A stretch of 64,000 bases of DNA from a virus, in the IMG/VR virus record IMGVR_UViG_3300032308_001684, positions 31,849 to 95,848 of that record. One strand, 5' to 3'. The notes beneath the pieces were generated by a model. That model searched no databases. It was given only the letters and a program-made list of their open reading frames with translations, and had not been told where the DNA came from. Position 1 is the first letter of the stretch; every line of letters starts with the position of its first letter. Both the position numbers and the translations under genes were made by a program. Shown here one piece after another: positions 34,395-44,715 of the stretch.

Positions 34395-35378
34395 ATGCCC
34401 AACTACACTGAACCAAACTTCAACAAAGCCATGATATTGCTACTGCGGGCTCGCGGGTTGGATTTTGAGTTTGTTCCTTGTGCGTTGGGACGTCCTATTG
34501 TAAGCAGTCGTTGGAACATAAATCTGCCTGAAATTTCACAACAAAGATGGAATCAAAAAAACTTTCGCCTGGTCATACATGCTCAGGATTTTATACACTG
34601 GTACAACAATCTCTGTGTGGAACTGCACTGGCTAGAGCAACAGTTTACTCCCGAACAACAGAGCAAGATTATATTTGTGGCCTGGGATCACAGACTGGCG
34701 GAAATCTATCAAGGCAATATTAAAATTGTCAACTTTGCCAGTCACAGTTACGAACTTGTACATCAGTTAAAAGCCCGATGGACGGAGTGGAAGGATGTAC
34801 ACAAAAAGAATATCAAATATAACTGGATCTGTTTGAATGGTCGTGCCCGAGAATATCGTCAGGAAGTCTACAACATGCTGAGACATGAATCATCTGGATT
34901 TTGCAGTCACAGCATTTTTAATCCCATTGACATACATCCCTATCAAGACTACAATTTTAACAATGTAGAAAATTTCATCAAGCTCCAGCCGGTGTATCAA
35001 TCAGCTCATGCCAGCGTGATCACTGAAAGTCTTTATCAAGATGTGGGCGGCATTGTCACAGAGAAAACACTGTTGGCCATAGCGGCTCGTCATCCATTCA
35101 TGTGCATTGGTCATAGATACTGTCACGAAGATGTTGCCCGCTTGGGATTTCAAAACTACAATGATGTATTTGATCTCAGCTACGACACAGAAGATTGTGC
35201 CACAAGAATGTATTCGGCAGTAAAAAACAATCAACAACGGTTGGCAGATTTGGTAGACATCGATCACTTGAGTGATAAAATCAATCAAAACTTTGACTAT
35301 CTCATGGGCAACTATGCTGACAGCATTCGTGCCCGTGCTGAAGAAGATCTAAGAATACTGTTTGAGAAACGCTGGTAG
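34395..35378 (+). CDS. hypothetical protein, glycosyltransferase-like C-terminus
   Basis: VITES...VTEKT...HPF...GF...FDLSYD. Confidence 0.65.
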   Translation: MPNYTEPNFNKAMILLLRARGLDFEFVPCALGRPIVSSRWNINLPEISQQRWNQKNFRLVIHAQDFIHWYNNLCVELHWLEQQFTPEQQSKIIFVAWDHRLAEIYQGNIKIVNFASHSYELVHQLKARWTEWKDVHKKNIKYNWICLNGRAREYRQEVYNMLRHESSGFCSHSIFNPIDIHPYQDYNFNNVENFIKLQPVYQSAHASVITESLYQDVGGIVTEKTLLAIAARHPFMCIGHRYCHEDVARLGFQNYNDVFDLSYDTEDCATRMYSAVKNNQQRLADLVDIDHLSDKINQNFDYLMGNYADSIRARAEEDLRILFEKRW

Positions 35379-35705
35379 GTCGCCGTAGAGATTGGCCAAC
35401 ATGGCTTCACGACTAGAAAACAATATCAATTGTTTTTTCTTAACATCAATGTAATAAGGCCATTGCAGTTTGTGATCAAGATCCAGCAATAATCTTTTGT
35501 TCAATCCACGCTTGCTGTCGGGCAGTGACACTGTCCAGGATTCGAGATTCAGTGTTTTTAAAACTGTGTAACCAATGGCAGTGAGTCGTAGACCACCCTG
35601 GGGTCGTATGTTCATGTACCATGTGGTCATGGCCTGATCAACATCAGTGGAGTCGGGCAACAACTCCAACAGCGTTTGTGTTATTTCTTTTTTATTGTTT
35701 GCCAT
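35349..35705 (-). CDS. hypothetical phage protein
   Basis: GGLRLT.G...WPYYI. Confidence 0.65.
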   Translation of the reverse strand: MANNKKEITQTLLELLPDSTDVDQAMTTWYMNIRPQGGLRLTAIGYTVLKTLNLESWTVSLPDSKRGLNKRLLLDLDHKLQWPYYIDVKKKQLILFSSREAMLANLYGDLPAFLKQYS

Positions 35706-35991
35706 CGGGATAGATCCTATCTCCCGATTTCAATAGCACCACAGTGAACTTGTCGCTCTTGAACTGTTGGTTGAGTTTCTTGGCTAGATTGATAGCATGG
35801 CCAGGATTTGAAAATGATACTTTTTTATACTTGGGTCCTGGATATTGCACCAGATAGTTGGAGGTCTTTAGATTGATGGGCTTGTCATCAAAGAACACTG
35901 CCCAGATACCTTCACTGGCCAATACTTGTTCAGTCTTGTAAGTGCTTTTGTTTGTGAGTTCTACAAGAACTCTGGGTTTTGGTCGGCTCAT
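35692..35991 (-). CDS. hypothetical phage protein
   Basis: MSRPKP...KYKKVSFSNPGHA; GGAG RBS. Confidence 0.7.
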   Translation of the reverse strand: MSRPKPRVLVELTNKSTYKTEQVLASEGIWAVFFDDKPINLKTSNYLVQYPGPKYKKVSFSNPGHAINLAKKLNQQFKSDKFTVVLLKSGDRIYPDGKQ

Positions 35992-36029
35992 AATAATCTC
36001 TCCAGTTTATTTATGATTAACTGGGTAGA

Positions 36030-36236
36030 TTAAAAAGAACCTCCATGCATTTCCACAGTGACAACTTCAGACTGTGATTGAGGTTGGGTACGCAACTGCT
36101 CAAGATCCAACAACAATTTGGTTATTTCACTGTGTAGCATTTTGGCTTCACTCAGGGGGCAACTAAAGTCTTTAGTGCCCCGGCTTTCAAAGTGTTGTAA
36201 GCGATCAATGAATTTCTTGATGTAAAGTCCACTCAT
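36030..36236 (-). CDS. hypothetical phage protein
   Basis: TAATG coupling. Confidence 0.6.
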   Translation of the reverse strand: MSGLYIKKFIDRLQHFESRGTKDFSCPLSEAKMLHSEITKLLLDLEQLRTQPQSQSEVVTVEMHGGSF

Positions 36237-36679
36237 TACTGGAATGTAAATGCATCAGGTGAATGTACAGGACCACGATATTCGTAGCGTTGCAACAGGA
36301 TCAATTTGGGACAGAATTCTGTGGTCCAATGCCCGTTGGCATTGACCTGATACCATCCTGCGGCAAACCAGCTCTTTGATTTTCTTTGTTTGGTGTATAT
36401 GGGCAAGCGACGTTGCACGTCATAGATAGCATTGTACGGCATGGAATCTGTGGCAAACCCATTGACTGCATGATCTTTGTTTTCTTTGCGCTTGGCAGGT
36501 GGATCTTCAAAGGTAATTTTCGTGCGATTTTTTATGGTGCGGATGGTTTTAAATTCCACAGCATCGTTGTACATACGCACAGTAAAGCCTTCGGTATTGG
36601 CTTCTACTGTGCCAATCTTTTGATCATTCTCTTTGAGAATCCAATATTTGTTTGCTATCACTGGTTTTGCTAGAATCAT
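36236..36679 (-). CDS. hypothetical phage protein
   Basis: 147 aa, coupled to the RNase H gene. Confidence 0.7.
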   Translation of the reverse strand: MILAKPVIANKYWILKENDQKIGTVEANTEGFTVRMYNDAVEFKTIRTIKNRTKITFEDPPAKRKENKDHAVNGFATDSMPYNAIYDVQRRLPIYTKQRKSKSWFAAGWYQVNANGHWTTEFCPKLILLQRYEYRGPVHSPDAFTFQ

Positions 36680-37677
36680 TTGTTCAACACTCCTTGATAT
36701 GTTTTATTGAGCCAACGTCCAAACTGTTCAGCATTTTCACTGGCACGATTCAACTCGTATTTACCGCAAAATTTCATGAAATGACTGCCCACTTGCCCAA
36801 CGTCTTTGTGACTGATTTGTTGCATAATTGCATCGTCTACTGCCGCTTTTACTGCATCGGGCTGGGCATTCAAGTCAATCAAACTGCGATTACGGTTGTA
36901 ATCATCCAGCACACGATGTTCTTCTCCATTGTGATCGGTCCAACGCTGTAACATCAAATTGTTCCAACTGTAGCCGCGAGCACCGCGATCTGCAAAGGCT
37001 TCTTGCAAACCCACCTTGTTCTTTGTGCCCTTGGTACGCACACCCGGAAAAGCAGAGAACACATTGTCTGACGTGTCGCCACGCATACATTTTTCAAACA
37101 ACAGCCATTCAGGATTGGGTATGGTCTTGGGCTCTTTGGTTTTCTTGTCAATCACTGCTTTGCCCTTGGCATCAAAAATACCTGTGGTGGTCAACAGTTC
37201 ATCTGTGATGCCATTGTACTGATGCACATTTTCTGCCAAGAGTTGCACAAAGTCTGTGTCGCTGGAAATGATATAGTGTTCATCCTGCGGATGCAGTGCA
37301 ATCCAACGAGCAATAACATCATCAGCTTCAGCATTGGGTTCACGAATCACAGAGCAGTTGGTACGTGTTTCCAAGTATTCTTTGAACATGTCAAAGGTTT
37401 CCCAAAACAACTTATCTTCTTCTTGCTCACGTTCAGTCAACGCCGCACGAGCGTCACTGCGATTCTTTTTGTATGGAGCATAATGATCCTTGCGCCAGCT
37501 ACGACCTTCTAGAGCAAACACCACATGATCTGCTTGAAACTTGTTGAATACCTTGTTCACAGCACTCAAGGTGATGTGTAGAGCATAGCCCACTTTTTCC
37601 CAGGGGTCCTCGGCACGGAATGCCACGTGACGAGCTCGGAAAAACATGTTGGCAGTGTCGATCAGTAAGTAGCGCAT
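36676..37677 (-). CDS. T4 RNase H-like 5'-3' exonuclease / flap endonuclease
   Basis: LIDTAN, SWRK..Y..YK.NR, EADD, SSDTDF.QL, GDTSDN. Confidence 0.9.
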   Translation of the reverse strand: MRYLLIDTANMFFRARHVAFRAEDPWEKVGYALHITLSAVNKVFNKFQADHVVFALEGRSWRKDHYAPYKKNRSDARAALTEREQEEDKLFWETFDMFKEYLETRTNCSVIREPNAEADDVIARWIALHPQDEHYIISSDTDFVQLLAENVHQYNGITDELLTTTGIFDAKGKAVIDKKTKEPKTIPNPEWLLFEKCMRGDTSDNVFSAFPGVRTKGTKNKVGLQEAFADRGARGYSWNNLMLQRWTDHNGEEHRVLDDYNRNRSLIDLNAQPDAVKAAVDDAIMQQISHKDVGQVGSHFMKFCGKYELNRASENAEQFGRWLNKTYQGVLNK

Positions 37678-37682
37678 AGGGC

Positions 37683-38387
37683 TCACAGAAATTTGTTGTT
37701 GATACAATATTGTAACATAAAACGTGCCCAAAAGCTATGAGCTGTCTTGCCATAATGATAGGAATTGGGTGCTACCGTTTCATGCCCATTTTGAGTAACA
37801 GTAGATGCAAAAGTTTGAGCAGAATCGTATGGATCAATATAGCTAGTACCCCAGTCTTTTCTTTCTGTAACGGAAGAAAAATCATTGTTGCCATTGAAAA
37901 ATACATGCGGTATTTTCTTTTCTGTCAGTTCTTGGTGAAATGTCCAAATCTTGTCATGAGCGTCTTGAGTTCGAGCTTGCCAATCTACGCCAAGGATATA
38001 GTTACGATATTTCTCTTGCAGTGACTGAGGCACTTGATCTTGCCCACTGGCATTGACTTGATAATAAGTGCCTTCATGCAACCACTCTTCACGCTCCCAA
38101 GTGGACCATTGAATTATCATCAGTGTGCGATACCAATCCTGTTGATTGTTGTCAACCCAGTCACGAGCAGTTCGTAAAATGCGATCGTTTGAGCTGGCAC
38201 TTTCTGCTTCGCACTTAAAAATAGCCTTGGCAGAGTCTGCTAAGATTCGTCCCCAGCTCACTGCTAGATTATCTGGATGCGGCAGTCTGCCTAGATATCT
38301 TAATGCGCCATCATCTTCGGCAAAGGCATGAGCATTTACAGCTTCTGCAGCCGCAGTATGACTATCACCGTTGACATATAATATCAT
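37683..38387 (-). CDS. SGNH-like hypothetical protein
   Basis: LYVNGDSH...SSNDRI.R...WS...H. Confidence 0.6.
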   Translation of the reverse strand: MILYVNGDSHTAAAEAVNAHAFAEDDGALRYLGRLPHPDNLAVSWGRILADSAKAIFKCEAESASSNDRILRTARDWVDNNQQDWYRTLMIIQWSTWEREEWLHEGTYYQVNASGQDQVPQSLQEKYRNYILGVDWQARTQDAHDKIWTFHQELTEKKIPHVFFNGNNDFSSVTERKDWGTSYIDPYDSAQTFASTVTQNGHETVAPNSYHYGKTAHSFWARFMLQYCINNKFL

Positions 38388-38860
38388 GATTTTGTGAGTA
38401 CTTTCATAGTTTCAGCCTCAGCCACACGTTTGCGTAGACTGCTGGAACTAAAAGAATGATCGCGACCATTGAATATAATTTCAATATTTCGTTGGTGACA
38501 TTCTGCTTTGCCAGAAAAATCCTTGTGTTCATACTCCACACCAAGCACACGAACATCTACCGGTAGTATCAACAACAAGTCACGTAAGTCTTGTTCGGTT
38601 TGATATACAACCACTTCATCCACATAACGACAAGCAGCCAATTGTATTTGACGTTCCACAATGCTTTGCACAGGATGGTTTTTGGTATCTGGGCGATCAA
38701 TAGTAGGATCTGTTTGCAAGCCGGCAATCAAGTAATCGCAATGATTTTTTGCTTCGGCCAACATGGCAATGTGACCGGCGTGTAGCATGTCAAAGGTAGA
38801 GAATGTTATACCAATCTTCTTGCCGTCTTCTTTGAGTTTTCTAATGTGATTGAATATCAT
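38384..38860 (-). CDS. cytidylyltransferase family protein (TagD-like)
   Basis: STFDMLHAGH, R.HSFSSSSLR. Confidence 0.85.
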   Translation of the reverse strand: MIFNHIRKLKEDGKKIGITFSTFDMLHAGHIAMLAEAKNHCDYLIAGLQTDPTIDRPDTKNHPVQSIVERQIQLAACRYVDEVVVYQTEQDLRDLLLILPVDVRVLGVEYEHKDFSGKAECHQRNIEIIFNGRDHSFSSSSLRKRVAEAETMKVLTKS

Positions 38861-39273
38861 GAATGCTCTCTACGTCCGTCGCCAATGTCCCTGCTCTGCG
38901 TAAACCGCATGGAGTTGTCAATGGCTTCTGATTGTTCGTATGTTTCCAATACCACATTGCGGCACACACTCTGAAACCATTGATCCACTAGATCAGCATC
39001 TGTTTTACCTTGATACCCTGCACGAGACAATTTGGAAATAAACTTGTCATTCCAATCAAATTCAAATGATCCAGCGTTGATATTGTTGGGATCTACATCC
39101 ATGCTGAGTATGGCAATATAGGGCTCGCCTTTTTGTGTGGCCATGTCTTTGTCGGACTTTTTCTTACTTTTTGGCGGTTCTGCAGACTTTTTTATATCTT
39201 CTCCAACTTTTTCGTTAGAAACAGCGGTTGGCTTGACTTTTTCTTTTGTTTTAAACAGATTAAATATTCCCAT
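38857..39273 (-). CDS. hypothetical phage protein
   Basis: Packed ORF. Confidence 0.65.
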   Translation of the reverse strand: MGIFNLFKTKEKVKPTAVSNEKVGEDIKKSAEPPKSKKKSDKDMATQKGEPYIAILSMDVDPNNINAGSFEFDWNDKFISKLSRAGYQGKTDADLVDQWFQSVCRNVVLETYEQSEAIDNSMRFTQSRDIGDGRREHS

Positions 39274-39625
39274 TTTCTTTCCTCTTAAGTTCTATCAGTA
39301 CTTGTAATTTATCATAGGCATCTTTCAGCGTGGGATCTTGTTGTATTGTACGTAGATCCTGTATCCATGATGCAGTTGAGGCCCACCCATCATCTCCGCC
39401 GTTGTTGCGATACACAGCATCGGCTTCGGTAAGATAGCTTTCATAGTGATCCACACTGATTCCAAAGAAAGCGTTGCCATCCAGCATGGCCAAGGTTTCA
39501 GCAATAGGACGTAATTTTTGTTTGTCTTCATCAGAAAAGAGCCTGCGCCACCCGCCATCGGGCTCTTCAATTTCGTACAGTATCTTGGCACGATTGTCTG
39601 GAGGCTCTATGTAAACTTTACTCAT
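39260..39625 (-). CDS. hypothetical phage protein
   Basis: LRPIAETLAMLDGNAFF. Confidence 0.65.
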   Translation of the reverse strand: MSKVYIEPPDNRAKILYEIEEPDGGWRRLFSDEDKQKLRPIAETLAMLDGNAFFGISVDHYESYLTEADAVYRNNGGDDGWASTASWIQDLRTIQQDPTLKDAYDKLQVLIELKRKENGNI

Positions 39626-40328
39626 TGATACGATTCTTTATAAAATTAGCTATCACCAACTGTGCCGACAATGCAGGATGTCCGTGGCTTTCAAATTTTA
39701 GTCCTTGACTCTGCGCCCATTGAGACAAGGTTGTTTTTGGTAGCCAAATCCAGCGATCTAAATTTATCTGTGCCACTAACTGTTTGATCTGATCAAGATC
39801 ATCTAGTCTTTTGTGAAACCATTTTTCATTTTTCACATTGAAATTGTGTTGCAAGGGCTGGCCTGGATAAGCGATATAATTATGATGAAATGCATTGAAC
39901 ATCCAGCAAGTGATATTGCGCATACGGCATAGGTCTTGCACAATCAATATCTGTCGCACTAATTGTTCAAAGCTCAACCACTCGTTGTGATTTTCCACAT
40001 ACCACGTTTTGTGTACTTGCCTAGTGATAGAATCTTGATCGTTTTCAAAACTAGTGCAATCTGCTCTAAGCCTCATGCGATCCCCATTGGCGCAAGGCAA
40101 TTCTTCTCGATCCAACCCAGTCCATCCTATCACAACAACATCGGGTGTATGTGTGTAAAGATAGTCTATGGTTGTACGAAAGATCCTTGTGTTTGATGCT
40201 CCAGACGCCGCTATGTTGTCATGAGACTCAAATATCAAAGCTGGCCAGTATTGTTGTTGCCATTGATTACTTTCTAACTCAAGATGGCTTTGTTCCACAA
40301 AACTGCAACCATTAAACATTGCAGTCAT
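39618..40328 (-). CDS. SGNH-like hypothetical protein
   Basis: NGCSF...GASN.RI.RTT...GWT...HP. Confidence 0.6.
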   Translation of the reverse strand: MTAMFNGCSFVEQSHLELESNQWQQQYWPALIFESHDNIAASGASNTRIFRTTIDYLYTHTPDVVVIGWTGLDREELPCANGDRMRLRADCTSFENDQDSITRQVHKTWYVENHNEWLSFEQLVRQILIVQDLCRMRNITCWMFNAFHHNYIAYPGQPLQHNFNVKNEKWFHKRLDDLDQIKQLVAQINLDRWIWLPKTTLSQWAQSQGLKFESHGHPALSAQLVIANFIKNRINE

Positions 40329-40807
40329 TCTATAACATTTCCTTGTTCATCTATTTCACACCAGGTATAGTCGCCCATCCATTTGACCTTGGCAATGTAT
40401 TGATAGTGATCTGGAGCACCCGTTGACCAGTCGTTGGGGCCAAGATGTGTGAGGATGACTCGCTGATGCTGGTGGTCATGTGCCAGCCAGTATGGTTGCC
40501 CGTGATAGGTTTGAAATTGATAGTAGGCCGAATGCACCATGTCTGTGATGTCTAGTCGACGCTTGATACCGGCAGCTTGTCGCTGTAGCACTTCGACCAG
40601 TTCAAGAATTCTGTTGTATTCTTGAGAAGCATGCATCCTGGCCACATTGACCATGATGTCTTTCTGTTTGGTAACAGGAACAAGATCAAACTTGGGCCCG
40701 CCGGCTTCTGTGGGATACGGAGTGATGTTTCTATTAAAGAACTCAACTACCACATTGCCAGTGGTTACATCAAAACTGTTTTGACCTTTGGCTCTGTTGT
40801 TTTCCAA
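40325..40807 (-). CDS. hypothetical protein (DUF2452-like)
   Basis: PYPT...PKF...GDYTW. Confidence 0.55.
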   Translation of the reverse strand: MENNRAKGQNSFDVTTGNVVVEFFNRNITPYPTEAGGPKFDLVPVTKQKDIMVNVARMHASQEYNRILELVEVLQRQAAGIKRRLDITDMVHSAYYQFQTYHGQPYWLAHDHQHQRVILTHLGPNDWSTGAPDHYQYIAKVKWMGDYTWCEIDEQGNVIE

Positions 40808-41689
40808 TCAAGTACCCCAGGCGTTACGCCAGATATCCACTTGCAGTCTGGGACTGTAGCGCCATCCTCGATCCAAGGCCAACTGCGCCACTTGTTCAGT
40901 GTTGAGATTGTATACGTCGGGCACACCGCCCATGGGCATCAAGTACACCGGCCCGCCAAATCCTGCTTCTCGATACTCTTCCACTGCACGTTCAGCGTCT
41001 GCTACGTCTTGTTTGGTAGCCACAACAAACTTTAGATAAGTCATTCCAACCATTTCGTAACTCTTGACAATCTTAGAGTTGATTGCTGACTCCCATGCTT
41101 CACCCGAACAAGGTAGTTTGGGACTCACTGAGAATGTCAGTTTGTCGTAGTCTCTACCATAACGTGTGAACTCTTCAAACAGGTATTCATATACATCAGA
41201 ATGCAAGGGCTGGCTGCCGTTGGTCTCAAAAGTAAGATTGCGTAAGCCGCGCTGGCGACAATATTCAATGAGATCGGGATACAGTTGCTGATATCCCAGC
41301 AAGGGTTCGCCGCCTGTGATCACAAGATGTACGTCATCGCCTATGCCTTGGTCCCAACGATTGTTAGGGATCATAGCATGCATCTTGTCCACAATATCTT
41401 CCACGCTGTCTTGCTCGTTGAAACGTTTGAATTCAGGATAGATGCTGGCATAGCTGTCACAGCCTGTTTTTGCTAGAGGCAAGTCTTCAAACTTTTTGTA
41501 TTGATCGATATTTTTAATAATCTCAATTACCTCAGGATTGTGTCCTTCCAGCTGTTCATCGCGAGGGCGACCAAATTTACGGCAACGGAAGTTGCATCCG
41601 TATGTGCGAAAGAATACCGACGGCACTCCGGCCCAGCGTCCTTCGCCTTGTAAACTGTAAAATATTTCTGTGTATGTGATTTTTTCCAT
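40808..41689 (-). CDS. queE: 7-carboxy-7-deazaguanine synthase (radical SAM)
   Basis: EIFYSLQGEG..GVPSVF.R..GCNFRC, CDS, ITGGEP, ETNG, SVSPKL, SPRLQ. Confidence 0.85.
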   Translation of the reverse strand: MEKITYTEIFYSLQGEGRWAGVPSVFFRTYGCNFRCRKFGRPRDEQLEGHNPEVIEIIKNIDQYKKFEDLPLAKTGCDSYASIYPEFKRFNEQDSVEDIVDKMHAMIPNNRWDQGIGDDVHLVITGGEPLLGYQQLYPDLIEYCRQRGLRNLTFETNGSQPLHSDVYEYLFEEFTRYGRDYDKLTFSVSPKLPCSGEAWESAINSKIVKSYEMVGMTYLKFVVATKQDVADAERAVEEYREAGFGGPVYLMPMGGVPDVYNLNTEQVAQLALDRGWRYSPRLQVDIWRNAWGT

Positions 41690-41697
41690 GATCGTAT

Positions 41698-42150
41698 TTA
41701 GATAGTTTCAAAAATTTCTTCTTGTAAATAGCGTTGCAATTCTTTGTCTGTGGGTTCTACGGCGTAGTTGCGTTTGAAAAATATCTCATAACTGTCCGAA
41801 CCGTATTTGCCAATGCCATATAACATTGTAGCATCTTCGTGTTGCCAAGTCAAGAAATCTTGGGTCATACCATGTAATCTTTTATATCGGACATTAACCA
41901 TTCCTAACGGCCATATAACATCCTTTACTTCTTCTTCAGAAGCCTTTAAGAATTTATTAGGAGTACTCCATTTATCCATAAAGATTGGAAATACTGTTTT
42001 AACTGGTATGCGTCCAGTTTGGTTCAACATGATCACAGCCACCATGTGTTGCCAAGCACCATTTACTGTGTGTCCGGCAGGTAATTGCTGTTGCACCATC
42101 AAATCATCTCGTAAAGGTTTGATCAGCTGTCCTGCCATGTCTGCCTCCAT
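41698..42150 (-). CDS. HhH-GPD DNA glycosylase (MBD4-like)
   Basis: IMLNQT, PLGM...R, LYGIGKYGSDSY.IF, PTDKEL. Confidence 0.8.
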   Translation of the reverse strand: MEADMAGQLIKPLRDDLMVQQQLPAGHTVNGAWQHMVAVIMLNQTGRIPVKTVFPIFMDKWSTPNKFLKASEEEVKDVIWPLGMVNVRYKRLHGMTQDFLTWQHEDATMLYGIGKYGSDSYEIFFKRNYAVEPTDKELQRYLQEEIFETI

Positions 42151-42656
42151 GAATATGACAATCTATCGCTGACATGATACTCTCTGTCAGCAGTAAAAAC
42201 TGCGGCTCGGGTTTGAGTCACGCATCTATCTGTATGCATTCCGCCGAACAACACTATTTTCGGATTCATATATGATATGATCATGGCAGTTTCTTCATCT
42301 GATGTGCTGACATGATCTTCGGGTCTCATGACGAGATTGTTGTTTGCGATCCGATCACCAAACTTTTTAAAGTATTGCCATCGTTGACCAAACTGCGACT
42401 CTGTAATCCTGGTGGTTTGATTGAGCAATCCACCATACCCTTCTTTAGTGATAAAGTCCAACTGATAAATCACGGGCCATGCTATATCTTGTAATTTTTG
42501 CACTAACTGGTCGCTGAATTCCTTCCATCTTACATTGGACTCATTGACATCAGGATCTGGCATGGACTCAAACAAGTGCACCATGACTACCACAACTTCA
42601 GACATGCTGTTCATTGGGATGCCACTTTTTCCACCACTCCTCCCAGGGAAAAACAA
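42123..42656 (-). CDS. hypothetical protein, isochorismatase-like fold possible
   Basis: VLFGGMHTDRCV; true start probably internal. Confidence 0.45.
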   Translation of the reverse strand: MFFPGRSGGKSGIPMNSMSEVVVVMVHLFESMPDPDVNESNVRWKEFSDQLVQKLQDIAWPVIYQLDFITKEGYGGLLNQTTRITESQFGQRWQYFKKFGDRIANNNLVMRPEDHVSTSDEETAMIISYMNPKIVLFGGMHTDRCVTQTRAAVFTADREYHVSDRLSYSWRQTWQDS

Positions 42657-43191
42657 TCCACTGCGGATCGTCTACTTTGTTCACTGTCTCTGCAGTGTAG
42701 TTCACATATATTTCAGCGGCGCTGGTTTCGTTGTCGTATAGTGTGGCAATACGTACATTGTGTCCCCATACATCTGCCCAGCGTGAGTCGTTGGGCAAAC
42801 ATGATTTTTGCCAGTCTTGACGTATCCAGTTTATAGTAGCACCCGAATCATTGATATCGTCTACAATGAGAATGTTTTTAGCATTGGCTCCGTGAGCCTT
42901 AATCAGCGCCATGCCAGCTTCAGTTGCAGTCAACTCGACAGGTTCGTAACCAAACGCATCTTCAGCCATCCACAAATTACTTTCGCATTCTGAATCATCG
43001 CCATCGCGCAATCTTACCTGCAGAGCATACATTGGGCAGTCTAAGTATTGACTGATAAGATTGGCTGGAGTTAGTCCTCCACGGGTAATACCTACAATGT
43101 AATCGGGTCTCCATTGATCCAAATACATCTGACGTATGATCTCTTGAGTTTGTCTTTGTACATCGGTCCAACTTACATAAACTTTTTTCAT
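42598..43191 (-). CDS. type I phosphoribosyltransferase (Gpt-like)
   Basis: GITRGG, LIVDDINDSGAT, WIVFPWE. Confidence 0.85.
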   Translation of the reverse strand: MKKVYVSWTDVQRQTQEIIRQMYLDQWRPDYIVGITRGGLTPANLISQYLDCPMYALQVRLRDGDDSECESNLWMAEDAFGYEPVELTATEAGMALIKAHGANAKNILIVDDINDSGATINWIRQDWQKSCLPNDSRWADVWGHNVRIATLYDNETSAAEIYVNYTAETVNKVDDPQWIVFPWEEWWKKWHPNEQHV

Positions 43192-43850
43192 GACAGCACA
43201 TACCAATCATCCCATTGGGACACATCTTGATGTTTTCTTCTGTAACCTTTGCTTGTAAGCAAATCAAAAATCTTTTCTCTCATGGGCGTGTAATTGTGCT
43301 CACAAGTGATCATTTTAACAGTGTATTGATCAAAATCAAAATTAGCAAGTATAGCAAATTCACTGCCTTCGGTGTCTATGGACAGATAGTCAATCTCTTG
43401 TGGTGCCTGATATTTTTTTAGGAGATCCAGCAGAGAGATAGTTTTCACAGGATATTTTTCCCCGTTGCGACGGCGGCCGGAATGTGGGTCACAGGAACTG
43501 AAAGTGTCAATGGTAGACAATTCAGGACCATAGGATGCCAGCGAGCTATCAACCTGATTGAACATCAATTCCAGATTGGTCTCGCTCCACACACAGTCGG
43601 TGGTGATGTGTGCTGTGCGATTCTGCATGAGGCTGTTGTGCCAATGCCGAGAAGGTTCTGCCAGTATTCCTTGCCAGCCAAATTCTGTTTCCAGCAACCA
43701 AGTATTGCTGATATCGACGCCGTTGGTGGCCCCAAACTCTACAAAGTAACCTTGCTGTTTCAATCCCAGTTCATCCAGCACAAAGAGATCCTGCCCCAGC
43801 TGAGATTTAGTCTTGGCCAATTTTGGGTCAGTTGAAGAAGAAATATACAT
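43188..43850 (-). CDS. FkbM family methyltransferase
   Basis: SQLGQD, FVEFGA.NG, IDYLSIDTEGSE. Confidence 0.85.
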   Translation of the reverse strand: MYISSSTDPKLAKTKSQLGQDLFVLDELGLKQQGYFVEFGATNGVDISNTWLLETEFGWQGILAEPSRHWHNSLMQNRTAHITTDCVWSETNLELMFNQVDSSLASYGPELSTIDTFSSCDPHSGRRRNGEKYPVKTISLLDLLKKYQAPQEIDYLSIDTEGSEFAILANFDFDQYTVKMITCEHNYTPMREKIFDLLTSKGYRRKHQDVSQWDDWYVLS

Positions 43851-43851
43851 A

Positions 43852-44712
43852 TTAGATCGTACCTTTCAGTGCCATGCCCACTCCTTGTTCCAAGGATATC
43901 TTGGGCGTGTAAAATTGTAACATCTTTGAGTTGTCACTGCAACGATAGTCCACTCCTTTTGGGGCACCAATGATGTGTCGTATCTCAGGCGTGTAACCCA
44001 TTTGATCACAAACAATCTTGCACAGTTCATTGAATGATGTTGGTCTGCCCCAGCCCAAATTCACCGGTCCTGCGATGTCTTGTTGTATGGCTTGATCAAC
44101 TGCTTCTACCACATCTGTGATGTGTATGAAATCTCGCACCTGAGTACCATCGCCCCAGATCTCAAAAGGATCGGCACGATTTCTTCCACGCTGGATATAA
44201 CTAGGGAATGGATAGTCTAAGTCTTGGTCTGTGCCATATCCGCTGAACGGACGGAAAACATGTGTGCGAATACCTTCTGCTTCCAGGAACTGCAGGCAGT
44301 ATTCACCAGTGAGTTTGGCCCAACCATAGGTCATGTCCGGATTTCTAACATCATTGAGATTGATGTCGGTTTCTTTCAATTGATAGGGTTGAGTTTGCAA
44401 CTGTGTAGGGTAGGCCGCACTGGAACTAAAATACACCACTCGGCCAGGCCGAGTCCTCAGTGCCCATTGGCACATCTCGGCATCAATGCTGAGATCGTTG
44501 GCCACACTAAGCGGAGAACCTTCAATGGTAGCACGGCCTCCTACAATAGCGGCCAGGTGTATGATCATGTCAAATCGTTGATCACTCTGGCGGAACAGAT
44601 CTCTGCAATCATTGCCATCCTTAAGATCTACTCCAGTGATATCATGGTCTTGGTATTTTTTTACAAAATATTTCCCAACAAATCCTTGGTGCCCTGTAAT
44701 CAAAATTTTCAT
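43852..44712 (-). CDS. NAD-dependent epimerase/dehydratase
   Basis: GHQGFVG, YGWAK, GDGTQVRDFIH. Confidence 0.88.
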   Translation of the reverse strand: MKILITGHQGFVGKYFVKKYQDHDITGVDLKDGNDCRDLFRQSDQRFDMIIHLAAIVGGRATIEGSPLSVANDLSIDAEMCQWALRTRPGRVVYFSSSAAYPTQLQTQPYQLKETDINLNDVRNPDMTYGWAKLTGEYCLQFLEAEGIRTHVFRPFSGYGTDQDLDYPFPSYIQRGRNRADPFEIWGDGTQVRDFIHITDVVEAVDQAIQQDIAGPVNLGWGRPTSFNELCKIVCDQMGYTPEIRHIIGAPKGVDYRCSDNSKMLQFYTPKISLEQGVGMALKGTI

Positions 44713-44715
44713 TTG